This document shows, in pieces, positions 13,666 to 25,700 of a stretch of DNA of 64,000 nt (its first letter is position 1; each line of letters opens with the position of its first letter). Source of the DNA: Callorhinchus milii (Eukaryota). The stretch lies in contig NW_024704742.1 in NCBI RefSeq assembly GCF_018977255.1, positions 133,674,001-133,738,000 on the forward strand. Direction: 5' to 3'. A program made the translations under genes and the position numbers. A model generated the notes under the pieces. The model saw only the letters and a program-made list of their open reading frames with translations, ran no database searches and was not told the DNA's origin.

Positions 13666-13786
13666 ACGATCGGATGTGACTATGAAATAGAATCCAAGGC
13701 AGCCGAGGATCAATGTGGTGTGTGCTTAGGGGACGGATCTGCCTGTCAGACAGTGACGAAGACCTTTGAAGAGAGCGAAGGATTAG
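13666..13786 (+). CDS. ADAMTS12: ADAMTS12 exon: end of Cys-rich domain, start of spacer
   Basis: ctctctcacag|ACG...TTAG|gtatga; [41 protein letters not shown]; 121 nt, phase 0-1. Confidence 0.95.
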
Positions 13787-16700
13787 GTATGACTTTTGTT
13801 TTATTAATCTGTTGCCTAGACATTTTCTGTCAAAGAAAGAGAACCTTAGGCTTGAAATTCCACCTGGTCTTAGAATTTAAGATAATGCAGAATTATGGAA
13901 CATTTTGAAATTCGTTCTTAATTTTGAACAAGTATTCGCGGAGAACACTTCCCAATTGCACCGACTCGCTCACCTGAGCCTCAGTCTTTCCAGCAGTAAA
14001 AATTGCCGACTTGCCGTTCATCATGTCAATGTCACCACACCAACATCGCTTCCCGTTTTCTGCATGCACGCAACACAGGAAGTGATGCTAGAGGCGATCT
14101 GATGGATGGCCTGTTAAAATGAGGGGAGGAGGAGATGTTGTGAGTTTGAACAAAGTATTTCCTTTTCTCCTACAATGCGGATTCCAGCGCTCCGAGACTC
14201 TATCCTGCGTGAAGGGCGCTATATGAATGCAAGTTGTTGTTCTGTTTTTTAAATAGCATCAGCCAACCACTCACTTTACAATTTATCTATTATTCTTTGT
14301 ACCTCTTTGCCACTTTGATGTTCTAATGGTGGTATTGCTACCCTGCAAAAATCTTTCACCAACTATCCACAATTTTTTTAAAAAAATTGGCTTTAGCCAA
14401 CTTAATCACACAGTCACATTAGGGGAAGATGTTTTCTTTTGAAGGTGAAAGAAAATTGCCTTCTATGTAAGCCACAGAAACTCTAGGCTATTTCTTTTTG
14501 AATGATTTCATTCAATAATGTGTCAATCTTCGCTCAACCTTCAACGATAAACAAAGAGCAAGTCAATTCAACTCAAACAAAGAGACATCCCAAGGCAGGA
14601 AATATCACCAGGACTAATCTGTAAAAGAATTTTGCCATAAATCTGGAGATTGTGAAGAACAGTGGAAACATTTTAAGTCTCAATTTTGGAAGCCAGAATT
14701 CTTAATCCAGTGTGTCTTGACTTTTAGTCAAAAAGGTTGTGAGTTCAAGCCCCACAGGACCTTGAACTCATATAGTCGATTGGCAGATCGCTTTCCTGGA
14801 TGTAATAATAATCTTCAAAAATAAAATTTTAAAAATAATTTGGTCACTCAATCCACGACTGTTTGTGGGACACTGCTGTGCGTAATTGGCTGCCGCATAT
14901 CGCCCACAAAATACACAATTCATTTACAGTATATTCTGTGAAGGGCTTTGAGACATATCGAAGACGTGTTAAGGCACTATATGAAATGCAAGGATTATTA
15001 TTATTATTATTATTATATAGCCCAGGCTGAAACTCCAGTGCCAGAGGAGTTCTGCATTGTCAGAGATGCCGTCCTTCAGATGAGATTTTAATTAAACCAA
15101 GGTCCTGTCCCCTGTTCAGGTGGACGTTAAAGATCCCAGGGCACTATTTGAAAAAAGAAGAGAGTTTCTCCCGGTGTCCTGGCCAACAATCCCCCAAATA
15201 AAAGTGGTCATTCACTTCAAGGCTATTTGTGGGATATTTCTATGTGCACATTGGCCACTGTGTTCGCATATAAATACACAGTCATTACACTTATAGTGTA
15301 TCTTGTGAAGCATTTTGAGACATTCTCCTGAGATGAAAGGCATTGTACTAGATGTAAAGGTTATAATTATTATTGTTAGCAGTAATAATATTATTCCAGA
15401 CTGAGACTGAATCTGAGATTTTTTTCATTTAACCAAGCAAGGTGTACATATAAAAGATGAGAAAAGAACCATGGAAATATGAAATACAACTTTCATTTAT
15501 CTAGTGCCCTTTATGTAGAATAACAGGATAACACTGAATTTTGGAAGAAGGTAACTGTAGGAACTATCGAAGAGGTAAACCTTAAGGCAGTAGTCAAAGA
15601 CAAATAAAGAGGGGGTGGTGCTGAGTGCTGTTTGTGGGATTCCTGTGCTCAATTGATTATTTAGAGCCAGACTGCTTCTGCCGGAAATGAATGAGCCAAC
15701 GAGGAAGAAACAATAACAACACTAAACAAAATAACTTGCATTTATTTATAATCCTTGTATTTGATATAGTGCTTTTCAACGTTAGACATCTCAAAGTGCT
15801 ACACAGAATATACTGTAAAGTGAACTGACTACATTTTTATACTTGCTCCATTGAAAAGGCAATTTGGGGCTAGACGTTTCCTCCCCTTCGAGCTTTGAAG
15901 CCAAAAAAACATGAGCCACAACACTGCTCGTTTAACGAGACCATATAGCACAGCGAGTGCTAGATATACAATAAACTCCTGATAATAAGACTCAGTCTTA
16001 ACTTGTCACTACAACTTAAGTGGCCAAACTCATGTTATTTCTCATGCAAGATGTGAGGGAGTTCACATTACTCATCACTCTGCTTAACATGTAACTAGAA
16101 ATTCTCGTAAGTATTTACTTTGGATAACTTGTCCACTAAGAGGTTGCATACACATCGCAGAGGCCTCTGGTCTACTGGAGGACACAGGATAAGGCATATA
16201 TTTGTGGAGTCCTGTAGCTCAATGGTTAGACCTTGCAAGTGAGAGGAACTGTGTTTGATTCCCGGCTGGACGGAACGTTGGACAAGTTTCCTTACTGCAC
16301 ACGTCTCTGTTTACCTAGCAGTAAGTTGAGTGGCAAATTGCTTTTCTGGAGGTAATAATCCCTTCGAAATAATAATAATAATAATAATAATTTAGTTACT
16401 CAATCCACGACTGGTTGTGGGACACTGCTATGTTCAATTGGCTGCCGCATTTCTCCCACAAAATATACTGTTAATTCACTCTACAGTGAATTCTGCGAAG
16501 CGCTTTGACATGTCTTGAAGATGTGATAAGGCACCATATCAATTGCAAGGCCTACTATTATTATGGCAGGAGGCCACAGTATACCTGTTCAGGTAGACAT
16601 TAAAGATCCTTTTAAAGTAGATGTTTAGCTCTTCTTTGCAAATTTGCAACGTATTGATTGGATGTAATCGAATCTCCACAACTAAGGCTGAGACTGTCAA

Positions 16701-19700
16701 AGGCACATTTCAAAGTACGATTTGAAAAGACAGGGGAGTTTTAACCGGTGTGGTGTCAAATAATCCCCCAGATAAAGTAGGTCACTCATTTTAATGCTGT
16801 TTGCAAATTGGCTGCTGCGTTTCACCTGCAAAGTACACTGTATTTAACAGTGAAAGTGCTTTGAGGCATGAAAATCTCCAGAAGTGAAAGGTCCTGTAAT
16901 GATTGTAAATAAGTCATTTATTATGGAGCCGGACTGGTCATCCTTAAGGTGTCTTGAAGTACTTAGAATATCAAAAATAACTGTGTCATACATGTGAAGG
17001 TAGGCTACTAAATAATTCAACATTGCTTCAAAATGTGCTTTTGACAGTCTCAGCCTTAGTTACAGAGAATTGATTCCATCCGATCAATACATAGCACATT
17101 TGCAAAGAAGTGCTAAACATCTATTTTAATCAGTGGCTGAAGTCAATACTAATGTGGCTTACTTCAACATCTGTCAGCTGACAGTTCTGTGGGGCATCAG
17201 ACATCCTTATTTTCCTCTTTGTCTGACTCTTGGTAAATGTGTTTTTTNGTTTGTCTTGAAATTTATTTCATTTATTGCATTTATTTCCAATCCCTCCCAA
17301 ATAAAAATTTGGTCATTCGTTTCATAGCTGTTTGTGGGTTGTTGTGCACAAATTGCCTGCCGGGTTCGCCTACAAAACACGCAGCCACTACATTTTGCGG
17401 TAAATTCTGTAAAGCACTTTGAGTCATTTCAACAGCTATGTCAAATTGTGGAGTCCTGTAGTGTATTGGTTACACCACTCGCCTCGCAAGTGAGAGGACC
17501 TAGGTTTGATTCCTGGGCAGGTCGAAACCTTAGGCAAGTTTTCGTACCCCACATGCCTCTGTTTACCTAGCAGTAAGTAGTACCCTGGTTGTTAGTCGAT
17601 TTGCAGAACACTCTAGGGGTGATAATCCCTTCAAAAATAATTGGCTGCTGTGGTTTGGTCACAAAATGTACAGTCAATTCTCTTTAGAATATATTCTATG
17701 AAGCACTTTGAGATGTCTCATTTACCTGATAAGGTGCTATATCAAATGCATTAAATCATTAGATCATTAAAATGCAAGGAATATTATTATTATTATGAAA
17801 TGCCTGGTTTATTATTATAACAGTCACGTTCCATACCTCATAGCCTTTAAATGAAATGCTTCCCTAAACTGATGGCAACCGCGAGCTTTAAGTTAATAAT
17901 AATAATAATAATCCTTGCATTTGATATAGCGCTTTTCACGTCGGGAGGACGTCCCAAAGCGCTTCACAGAAGACACTGTAAAGTGAATTGACTGTATATT
18001 TGTGGGCGAACGCGGCAGCCAATTGCGCACAGCAATGTCCCACAAACAGTCATAGATTGAAAATGACCAATTTATTATTGTTTTTGATTTTGGAGGGATT
18101 ATTATTAGGCTCTGTGTGGAGTAAGGAAACTTGTCCAAGGTTTCGCCCTGTCTGGGATTGAACTCAGGTCTCTCGCTTGCAAAGCGAGTGCTCTAACCAC
18201 TGAGCTACAGGACTCCACAAGTTAAGGAATCTGAAGCTTAATTGAGTCATTTAATTATCATGGTGAACTCTGATAGGCGTGAAGAGACAGCCAGCAAGCA
18301 CTGTAGTCTTCTAGAGAGTTAGCGATCGCAGTACTACCAGGTTGTGAAGCAAATCATTTTTATTAATTTCCAGCTCGAGATTAATTTATTAGACAACTAG
18401 TGGCACTTTCTAAGACAGTTAATCAATGGAAGGTCTTTTAGCTGAGCTGCCAAAGTCAAGTGCTTATTCAGATACCATTTCACTCAAAACGCCCTTTAAA
18501 AAAACAATTACACACTGCCTTGCGTTTATCATATCGTCAATCAGACGACTACATTTAGCACCTAATGAATGATGGTACCAATCCAATTAAGTGCATTAAA
18601 GGAAAATTAAATGCCTGATTCATATTCTGTTTATCTCCTGAGACTCTTTCAATGCATATCTAGCTCCTTGTTCCACTGTTCCACCATCCGTAAATTATGC
18701 CAGCTAAGCCAAAATTCCCCGCTTGCATTCTCATGTGCTTTAAACTCCACACGTCCATCACCCCAGCCTTCCCCTGGCTCCATTGGCTCTTCTTCTCCCA
18801 ACTGATAAACTTCAAGGTCCTCACTATTCCTTTGCATCCTAGAACCTCCATATCTCTGTATTCTCTGTCTGTCTCTACACACCCCCTTCACTCGGCTATC
18901 TTGCGTCTCCTACATGTCTCCTGACCCCTGCTTGCCACGATTTGTGGTCGAGCCTTCAGCTATGCTGTCCCTAACCTCTGGAACTCCCCTACCTCTACCC
19001 TCTGCTCTCTGTCTGTCTTTAAATCATGCCTTAAATTTACCTCTTTGACCAAACCTGTCATCACCTCTGCCTTCTCCCAACCCCACACCCCTTTTTAGCA
19101 TCTGACTCTGTTATTGTTCAGAGTCTGAGCTGTTATCCTGCATCATGGGCACTGCAGATTTAGGTATCAGGCTGGCTCAGTTGGAAGCATTCTTGCCTCT
19201 GAGTCAGAAGATTATGGGTTCAAACCCCAAGTCGGATTTGGAATTCATATAGTGTAACTACTCCAATTCAGTGCTGGGGGTGTGCTGCAATGTTGGAAGC
19301 CTTGTACTTTTGATAAGTCGATAACAATTCCCCAAATAATTCTGCCTATACACTTCTGGCTGTTTGTGGGACTTTGCTGTGCATAAATTCGCTACCGCAC
19401 TCACCCTCAAAGTACACAATCTCTGTATGTCACCCTCAAAGTGCTTTACAGAGAATCCTGTGAAACATTTTGGTATATTGTCCTGATGTGAAAGGTGCTG
19501 CACCAAATGCAAATATTATTACTATTATTATTAATTGCTATTAGGTCCACCCCACTTCTTTGCACACAGCTAAGTTCTACAGGCAGCTTTGAAGTGAATG
19601 CTCAATTTATCTTATAGATAACAATAACACCACTTGAAGTCCATTGATGACAAATGTAGTACTTGCAGGCAAACTCGGCAGCCAACTTGCATGTAAGAAT

Positions 19701-22700
19701 ACCCCACAAGCAGTGAATGCCCAATTTACATGGTAGGCTTTTAACAGGAATCTTTACAAATAGTGCCACAGGATTTTTAAAACCCATCTTAAAAATAGGT
19801 AGACGATGCTCAGTTCAAAGCCTCATCTGACGCCGATACCTCCTACATTTATCCGTTCTGAACTGTTCTTTTGCGTCAGTTGTTACGTTGTGAGTCTGTT
19901 GTCTTTTCCAGGTTACGTGGATGTGGGTCTGATTCCAGAAGGAGCCCGGGATATCCGGGTGGAGGAGATAGCCGAAGCTGGGAACTTCCTCGCTCTGAGA
20001 AGTGAAGATCCTGAAAAGTATTTCCTCAATGGAGGATTTGTTATCCAGTGGAACGGAGACTACAAAGTGGCTGGAACCACGTTCAAGTACGAGAGAAATG
20101 GGAATCTGGAGAACCTGACCGCTCCAGGACCCACAAAAGAACCCGTTTGGATTCAGGTAAATTCTTTACCCCGGCAATCAGAGGCCACAAAATCCACCTG
20201 GCTTTGTTTTGTCTTAAATCTTAAAGTAATGGGGAGTCTTGTAGTGTACTGGTTGGAGCATCCGCCTTGCAAAGCGAGAGGACCTGGGTTTGAATCCTGG
20301 GCAAGGTGAAACATTGGGCAAGTTTCCTTACTCCACACAGGATAATAATATAATAATAATAATCCTTGCATTTGATATCGCGCTTTTCACGTCGGGAGGA
20401 CGTCCCAAAGCGCTTCACAGAATACACTGTAAAGTGAATTGACTGTATATTTGTGGGCAAACGCAGCAGCCAATTGCGCACAGCAATGTCCCACAAACAG
20501 TCGTAGATTGAAAATGACCAATTTATTATTGTTTTTTTTTAATTTTGGAGGGATTATTATTAGGCGTGTGGAGTAAGGAAACTTGCCCAAGGTTTCGCCC
20601 TCTGCCTGGAAGGATTATAATAATACTAATTATTATAATTATAATAATGTTACTTAGCTCCTAATTAACCATTAGCCAATTATAATAATAATCCTAATTA
20701 TAATAATGACAATTATTATTGTTATAATTATCATAGAAACATAGAAACAGGAGTAGGCTATTCAGCCCCTGTTCCGCCATTCTATATTATGGCTGATCTG
20801 TACCTCAACTCCAATTTCCTGCCCTTGTCCAGTATCCCTTGGTAGCCTGACCCATTAGCCTCCTAAGCTCAAAGGAATAGGGACCAAGTTTATGCAACCT
20901 GTCGTCATAATTCAATCCTTTAAGCCCTGGTATCATTCTTGCATTTCATATAGTGCCTCTCACGTCATGGCTCAAAGTGCCTCACAGGATATGAAAAGAA
21001 AAGGAATTTTTTCCTGGTGTGCCAGCCAACAATCCCCCAAATAAAATTGGTCATTCCTAACATGTTTGTGGGACAATGTCCTGCAAATAGCCGCAGCCAC
21101 AGAGACAAGAATACTGGACGTCGGTTTTAATGTCTCATCCAAATACTGCACTGGAGTGGCAGCCTAGATTGTGAGTTCAGAGTCCTCAACATTGGGGCTT
21201 GAACCCACAACATTCAGACTCAAGACGCTGCATTGTTAAAGGTACTACTATTTGTTCAAGTTATACTAGAAGCTATAAAATGAACAGTTGTTCCTCTGTG
21301 GAGAATATTTGGCTTGTACTATGCCTCTGATTCAGCAACTAAAGTTCTTTGCCATTTGCAGTTGCTCTTTCAGGAGACAAACCCTGGAATCAGGTACGAA
21401 TACACCATCAAGAAAGACACCGATGAAGAGAATACGATCAGACAGCTGGTGTTCTCCTGGGAGTATGGACTATGGACACGTTGCAGTGCCCTATGTGGAA
21501 CAGGTAATGGGTCCTTTTCTGGAACTTACTGTAAGAACAACAATGCCAGCCTTGCACCTTATACGTAGTAACTTTCAAATTAACAGGACAGTTCAAAGAG
21601 CTTTATATGATTTAGATCATGTGTTGGAGGGAGAACTTCATTATCGGGGAGCCATACTTCAAATGATCCGAGGCCCCATCTGCTCTCTGTTCAGGTGGAC
21701 ATTAAAGATCACGTGGTACTATTCCCACCAACAGGCAAGAAAGTTTCTCCCAATGTCTTGGCCAACATTCCCCCTGATAAAATTGGTCATTCACTTCACG
21801 GCCGTTGGTTGGACATTGCTGAGTGTAAATTGTCTGCAATCTTCGCCTACAAAATGCATGATCAGTGCACTTCGGAGTAAGCTCCTGTGAAGAGCTTTGA
21901 GTAATTTTGACAAAGTGTTGAGATGCTATATCACATGCAAGGATTATAATAAGGATTATTATATTGAGGACACTAATGAGTGTGACTGCCACCAGGACTA
22001 GAACAGTCCTAATGGTCTACCCGAAGACCTTTGTGTAGCAGGTGGCACATCTCAGTCACAGCTTTCTTGGCCCTTACCAAAGAATTGCCATCTGTTGACG
22101 TATTTATAAACAGCAATGACTCACTAAAATTGTTCATCGGATTTTTGTTTGTTCGCTTTAGCTCAGAAATATGCAATTGGTCAAACAGTTAAGAGTCTCC
22201 TGTTTATTGACTTTTAATTTTGTTCATTTTTAACTGTGCAATAAAGACCTTCCCCCCACAAAAACAGTCAGTGTACCTTCTTCCCCCAAATTAATAGTTC
22301 CCTGAGCTGGGGGTGGGAGCTGAGAGGGGTGATGACCACATCACTCCTACCCTCGCTCGCCTCCACTGGCTCCCCATCCCCCAGAGGATTGATTTCAAGA
22401 TCCTCATCCTCACCTACAAGGCCATTCACGGCCTTGCTCCCTCCTACCTCTCCAACCTACTATCCCCCTACCTACCTGCCCGTACCCTCCGTTCCTCTGG
22501 CTCCGGTCTGCTCCACGTCCCCCGCCCCAACCGCCCTACTATCGGTGGTCGGGCCTTCAGCCTCTCAGCCCCGAGGCTCTGGAACTCCATCCCCCAGTGC
22601 CTTCGCCTTGCTTCCTCCCTTTCCTCCTTCAAGGCCGGTCTCAAAACCTTTCTCTTTGACCGTGCCTTCAGCTCCCCTCTCGACTCTCTTCCTCCTCCTC

Positions 22701-25700
22701 GCTCCCTCCCTTCCCTCCCCTCACCCTGACCATTTCCCCCCTCCTCTCTCCCTCCCTTCCCTCCCCTCACCCTGACCATTTCCCCCCTCCTCTCTCCCTC
22801 CCTTCCCTCCCCTCACCCTGACCATTTCCCCCTGCTCGGGTCATGACCCAACTGTGCAGCGCCTTGGGACGTCCTCCTGACGTGAAAGGCGCTCTATAAA
22901 TGGAATCTTGTTGTTGTTGTTGTTGTTGTTGTGTGGAGGGAAAGGTGGCCGAAAGCGCCATCAAAGAGCTAGGTATTGAGATGGAACTTGAATGAGGTGA
23001 GGGAGTCAAAGAGACGCAAAATTAATATCAGCTCAGAGTCTCGTTTGCAGGGCTCAAACCCACAATTGGCTAACTCGGAGACGAGTACAACATACTGAGC
23101 AGGGCTCTCACGTGCTGCCTGCAATATTCGAATGTCACATTGGATGATGCCAGTGTTTTTAATAGGTCTTCCTGAACAATTCCCAAAGGAAGGGGATGCT
23201 TTAGTCATCATCTGATTTGCATTAAGAGCGAAGCAAATCTAATGAGTGAAAGCCAGTTATGCTGTTTATAAACCCATGTTAAATAAAGCTTCATTGTTCT
23301 TGTTATATTCTGTGTGGTGAATTCAGAACATCCTGATTAGAATGTTCGAGAAACAGGGGAACAGGACTGTTCGAGACAGTTTCCCCCAATTTAGTAAGTA
23401 GATCACTGAGAATCTTTTAATCCCGTTTCGCCTTTTCTCTATGTCCATCAATATCTTTATCTCCCAAAATCTGTCCGTCTCCTTGCTACATATACTAAAT
23501 ATTCTGCCTCTACTGCCTTGTTGGGGCAGCGAGTTCAACATTGACGAACGCCTGGCTGTTAAGGTGGACGGTAAACATCCCATGGCAGTACTTGAAAAGA
23601 GATGAATTTCTCTCTTAGTCTCCTTGTCAACAATCCCCCAGATAAAATTAGTCCTGGTTCTTGTCCATTAGAATAAGAGGGCATTGCTGAACCTATTTCC
23701 TCTTGTTCTAATGTATCAGGGCATTTGCCAGTATTTTTTTGACTTCGCTTTTTGAATCCTATTTCAGTCTCAAATTTGAATCTTTCTAAATGATTCAGTG
23801 AGCAAATTGCAGCCTGAAAACAAACCGGAGCAACTTTATAAATGTTGAGTGTGTTTATTTTTGTTCTAAAAGGAAAATCAACAGGCTCCAGAGGAATTAA
23901 TGCATTGAAAAAAACAAATTTAATTTAATTTTCAGTGAAACAAAAGCAGTCTTTCACCTTGTGACAGTTTGTTGGACATTGCTGCATGCAAATTGGTTGC
24001 CGCATTCGCCTGGGGGTTGTCTTCTATTCGCTAATGTGCATTTGGCGCGGCATTTTGCTCACACAAAACATACAGCCAATTCACTTTACAGTATATTTTG
24101 TGAAGCGTTTTGAGACATCTGGAAGATGTGATAAGGCGCTGTATCAAATGCACGGATTACTATTAATATTAATAATAAAATCCTTGCATTTGATATAGCG
24201 CTTTTCATGTCTTCTCAACGTCTCACAGCGCTTCACAGAATATGCTGTAAAGTGAATTGACTGTATATTTGTGGGTGAAACGCGGCAGCCAATAAAGATG
24301 CGCACAGCAGTGTCCCACAACAGTCATGGATTGAAGTGACCAATTTATTTTAATTATTTTTTCTTGAGGGATTATTATCGTGGAGTAAGGAAACTTGCCC
24401 AAGGTTTTGCCCTGGGCAATCTGTTCCCTTAGCTTGGTTGTCCAGCCAGCAGTGTTATGCACTTTGAGACATCATCCCCTTGTCAAAAGCTGCTGTACAA
24501 ATATAAATTTTATAGTATTATTTGTTGGTCTCAGACATGTGCTTCTGTCTACTGAAAATTTGAGAAGAACTTTTGAACTTGATACTCAGTAATCACCTAG
24601 CAGTTTGTACAGTGCCTTTCATGTCAGGAGGACATCCAAACACACTTCACAGTGTTGGGTGGGCACCTGAGCTGGGGGTGGGGAGGGGAAAGATGGCAGA
24701 AAGTGTGGTCAAAGAGTTACGTTTTGAGATGGACCTTGAAAGAGGTGAGGAAGAGCGAGTTGGAGGGACTCTGGGTTGGAGTTTCAGAGAGCGGGGGCAG
24801 ATTGGCTAAAGACCCACCTGCCGATGATAGGGTGGATAGGATGGGGGATATGAAACAGGTCAGTGCTCGCTGGGTAAAGACTTGGTTGGTATGGTTGGCA
24901 GGAATTCTCTGTGAAGCACTTCGAGACTTTTCAATGCTGTAGGCACTGTATTACGTGTGAGTGTTATTTCAGGGTCAAACTGTCAGAGAAGAACGGTGAG
25001 GATTCATTGAACATCCTCGCTATCGCACCATGTCTTCTCCCAGTCAAAGCTGCCAGACACTATCATTAGCTGAGTACCTTTAGGCAATGTCTGCAACGTG
25101 CTTCCCTGGATGCAAGATCGCTTTCATTTTCACAGTAACAGCAAGCTGCATACTGTACCCTCATTCGTCATCTCAAGGCTCGACTACAGAAACTCCCTCC
25201 TTGTCGGTCTCACCAACTCTTCCCTCCACCAGCTGCAGATCATCCAGAACTCTGCAGCTCGTGTCCTCTCCTGCACCATATTCTGTGACCCCATCACCCC
25301 CACCCTCGCCCGGCTCCACTGCCTCCCCACCCCTCAGGGGATAGAATTCAAAATCGTCATCCTCACTTTCAAGGCCCTCCACGGCCTTGCCCCCTCCTAC
25401 ATCTCTGACCTGCGGAACCCTATCAAGCTGTCCGCTTCCTCCGCTTAGCAGGCTCTGGCTTGCTCCATGTCTTCTGCCCGACCCACCCTACCAGCGGCGG
25501 CTGTTCTTTCAGCCTCTCTGCACTCACTCTTTGTAACTCCATCCCACAATCCCTTCGCCTTGCTCCCTCTCTTGCCTCTTTCAAGGTACGACCCAAGACA
25601 CTCCTTTTTTGATCATGCCTTCAGCTGCACTCCTCCCCCCCTGCCCTCCCTCATCCCAACCCTGTCCCCCCAGGCTCTGGTCCTGATCTCTGACTGTTCA

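Noticed and set aside
17248..17248. Single N base
   Set aside because: Assembly ambiguity with no biological meaning, though it flags local uncertainty
17893..18138. Recurring short ORFs ending [15 protein letters not shown] or [10 protein letters not shown]
   Set aside because: Chance translations of SINE copies; the poly-Tyr/Ile comes from the (ATT)n tail
22694..22833. CRISPR-like or other repeat-spacer array
   Set aside because: Head-to-tail repeats with no unique spacers, in eukaryotic intronic DNA
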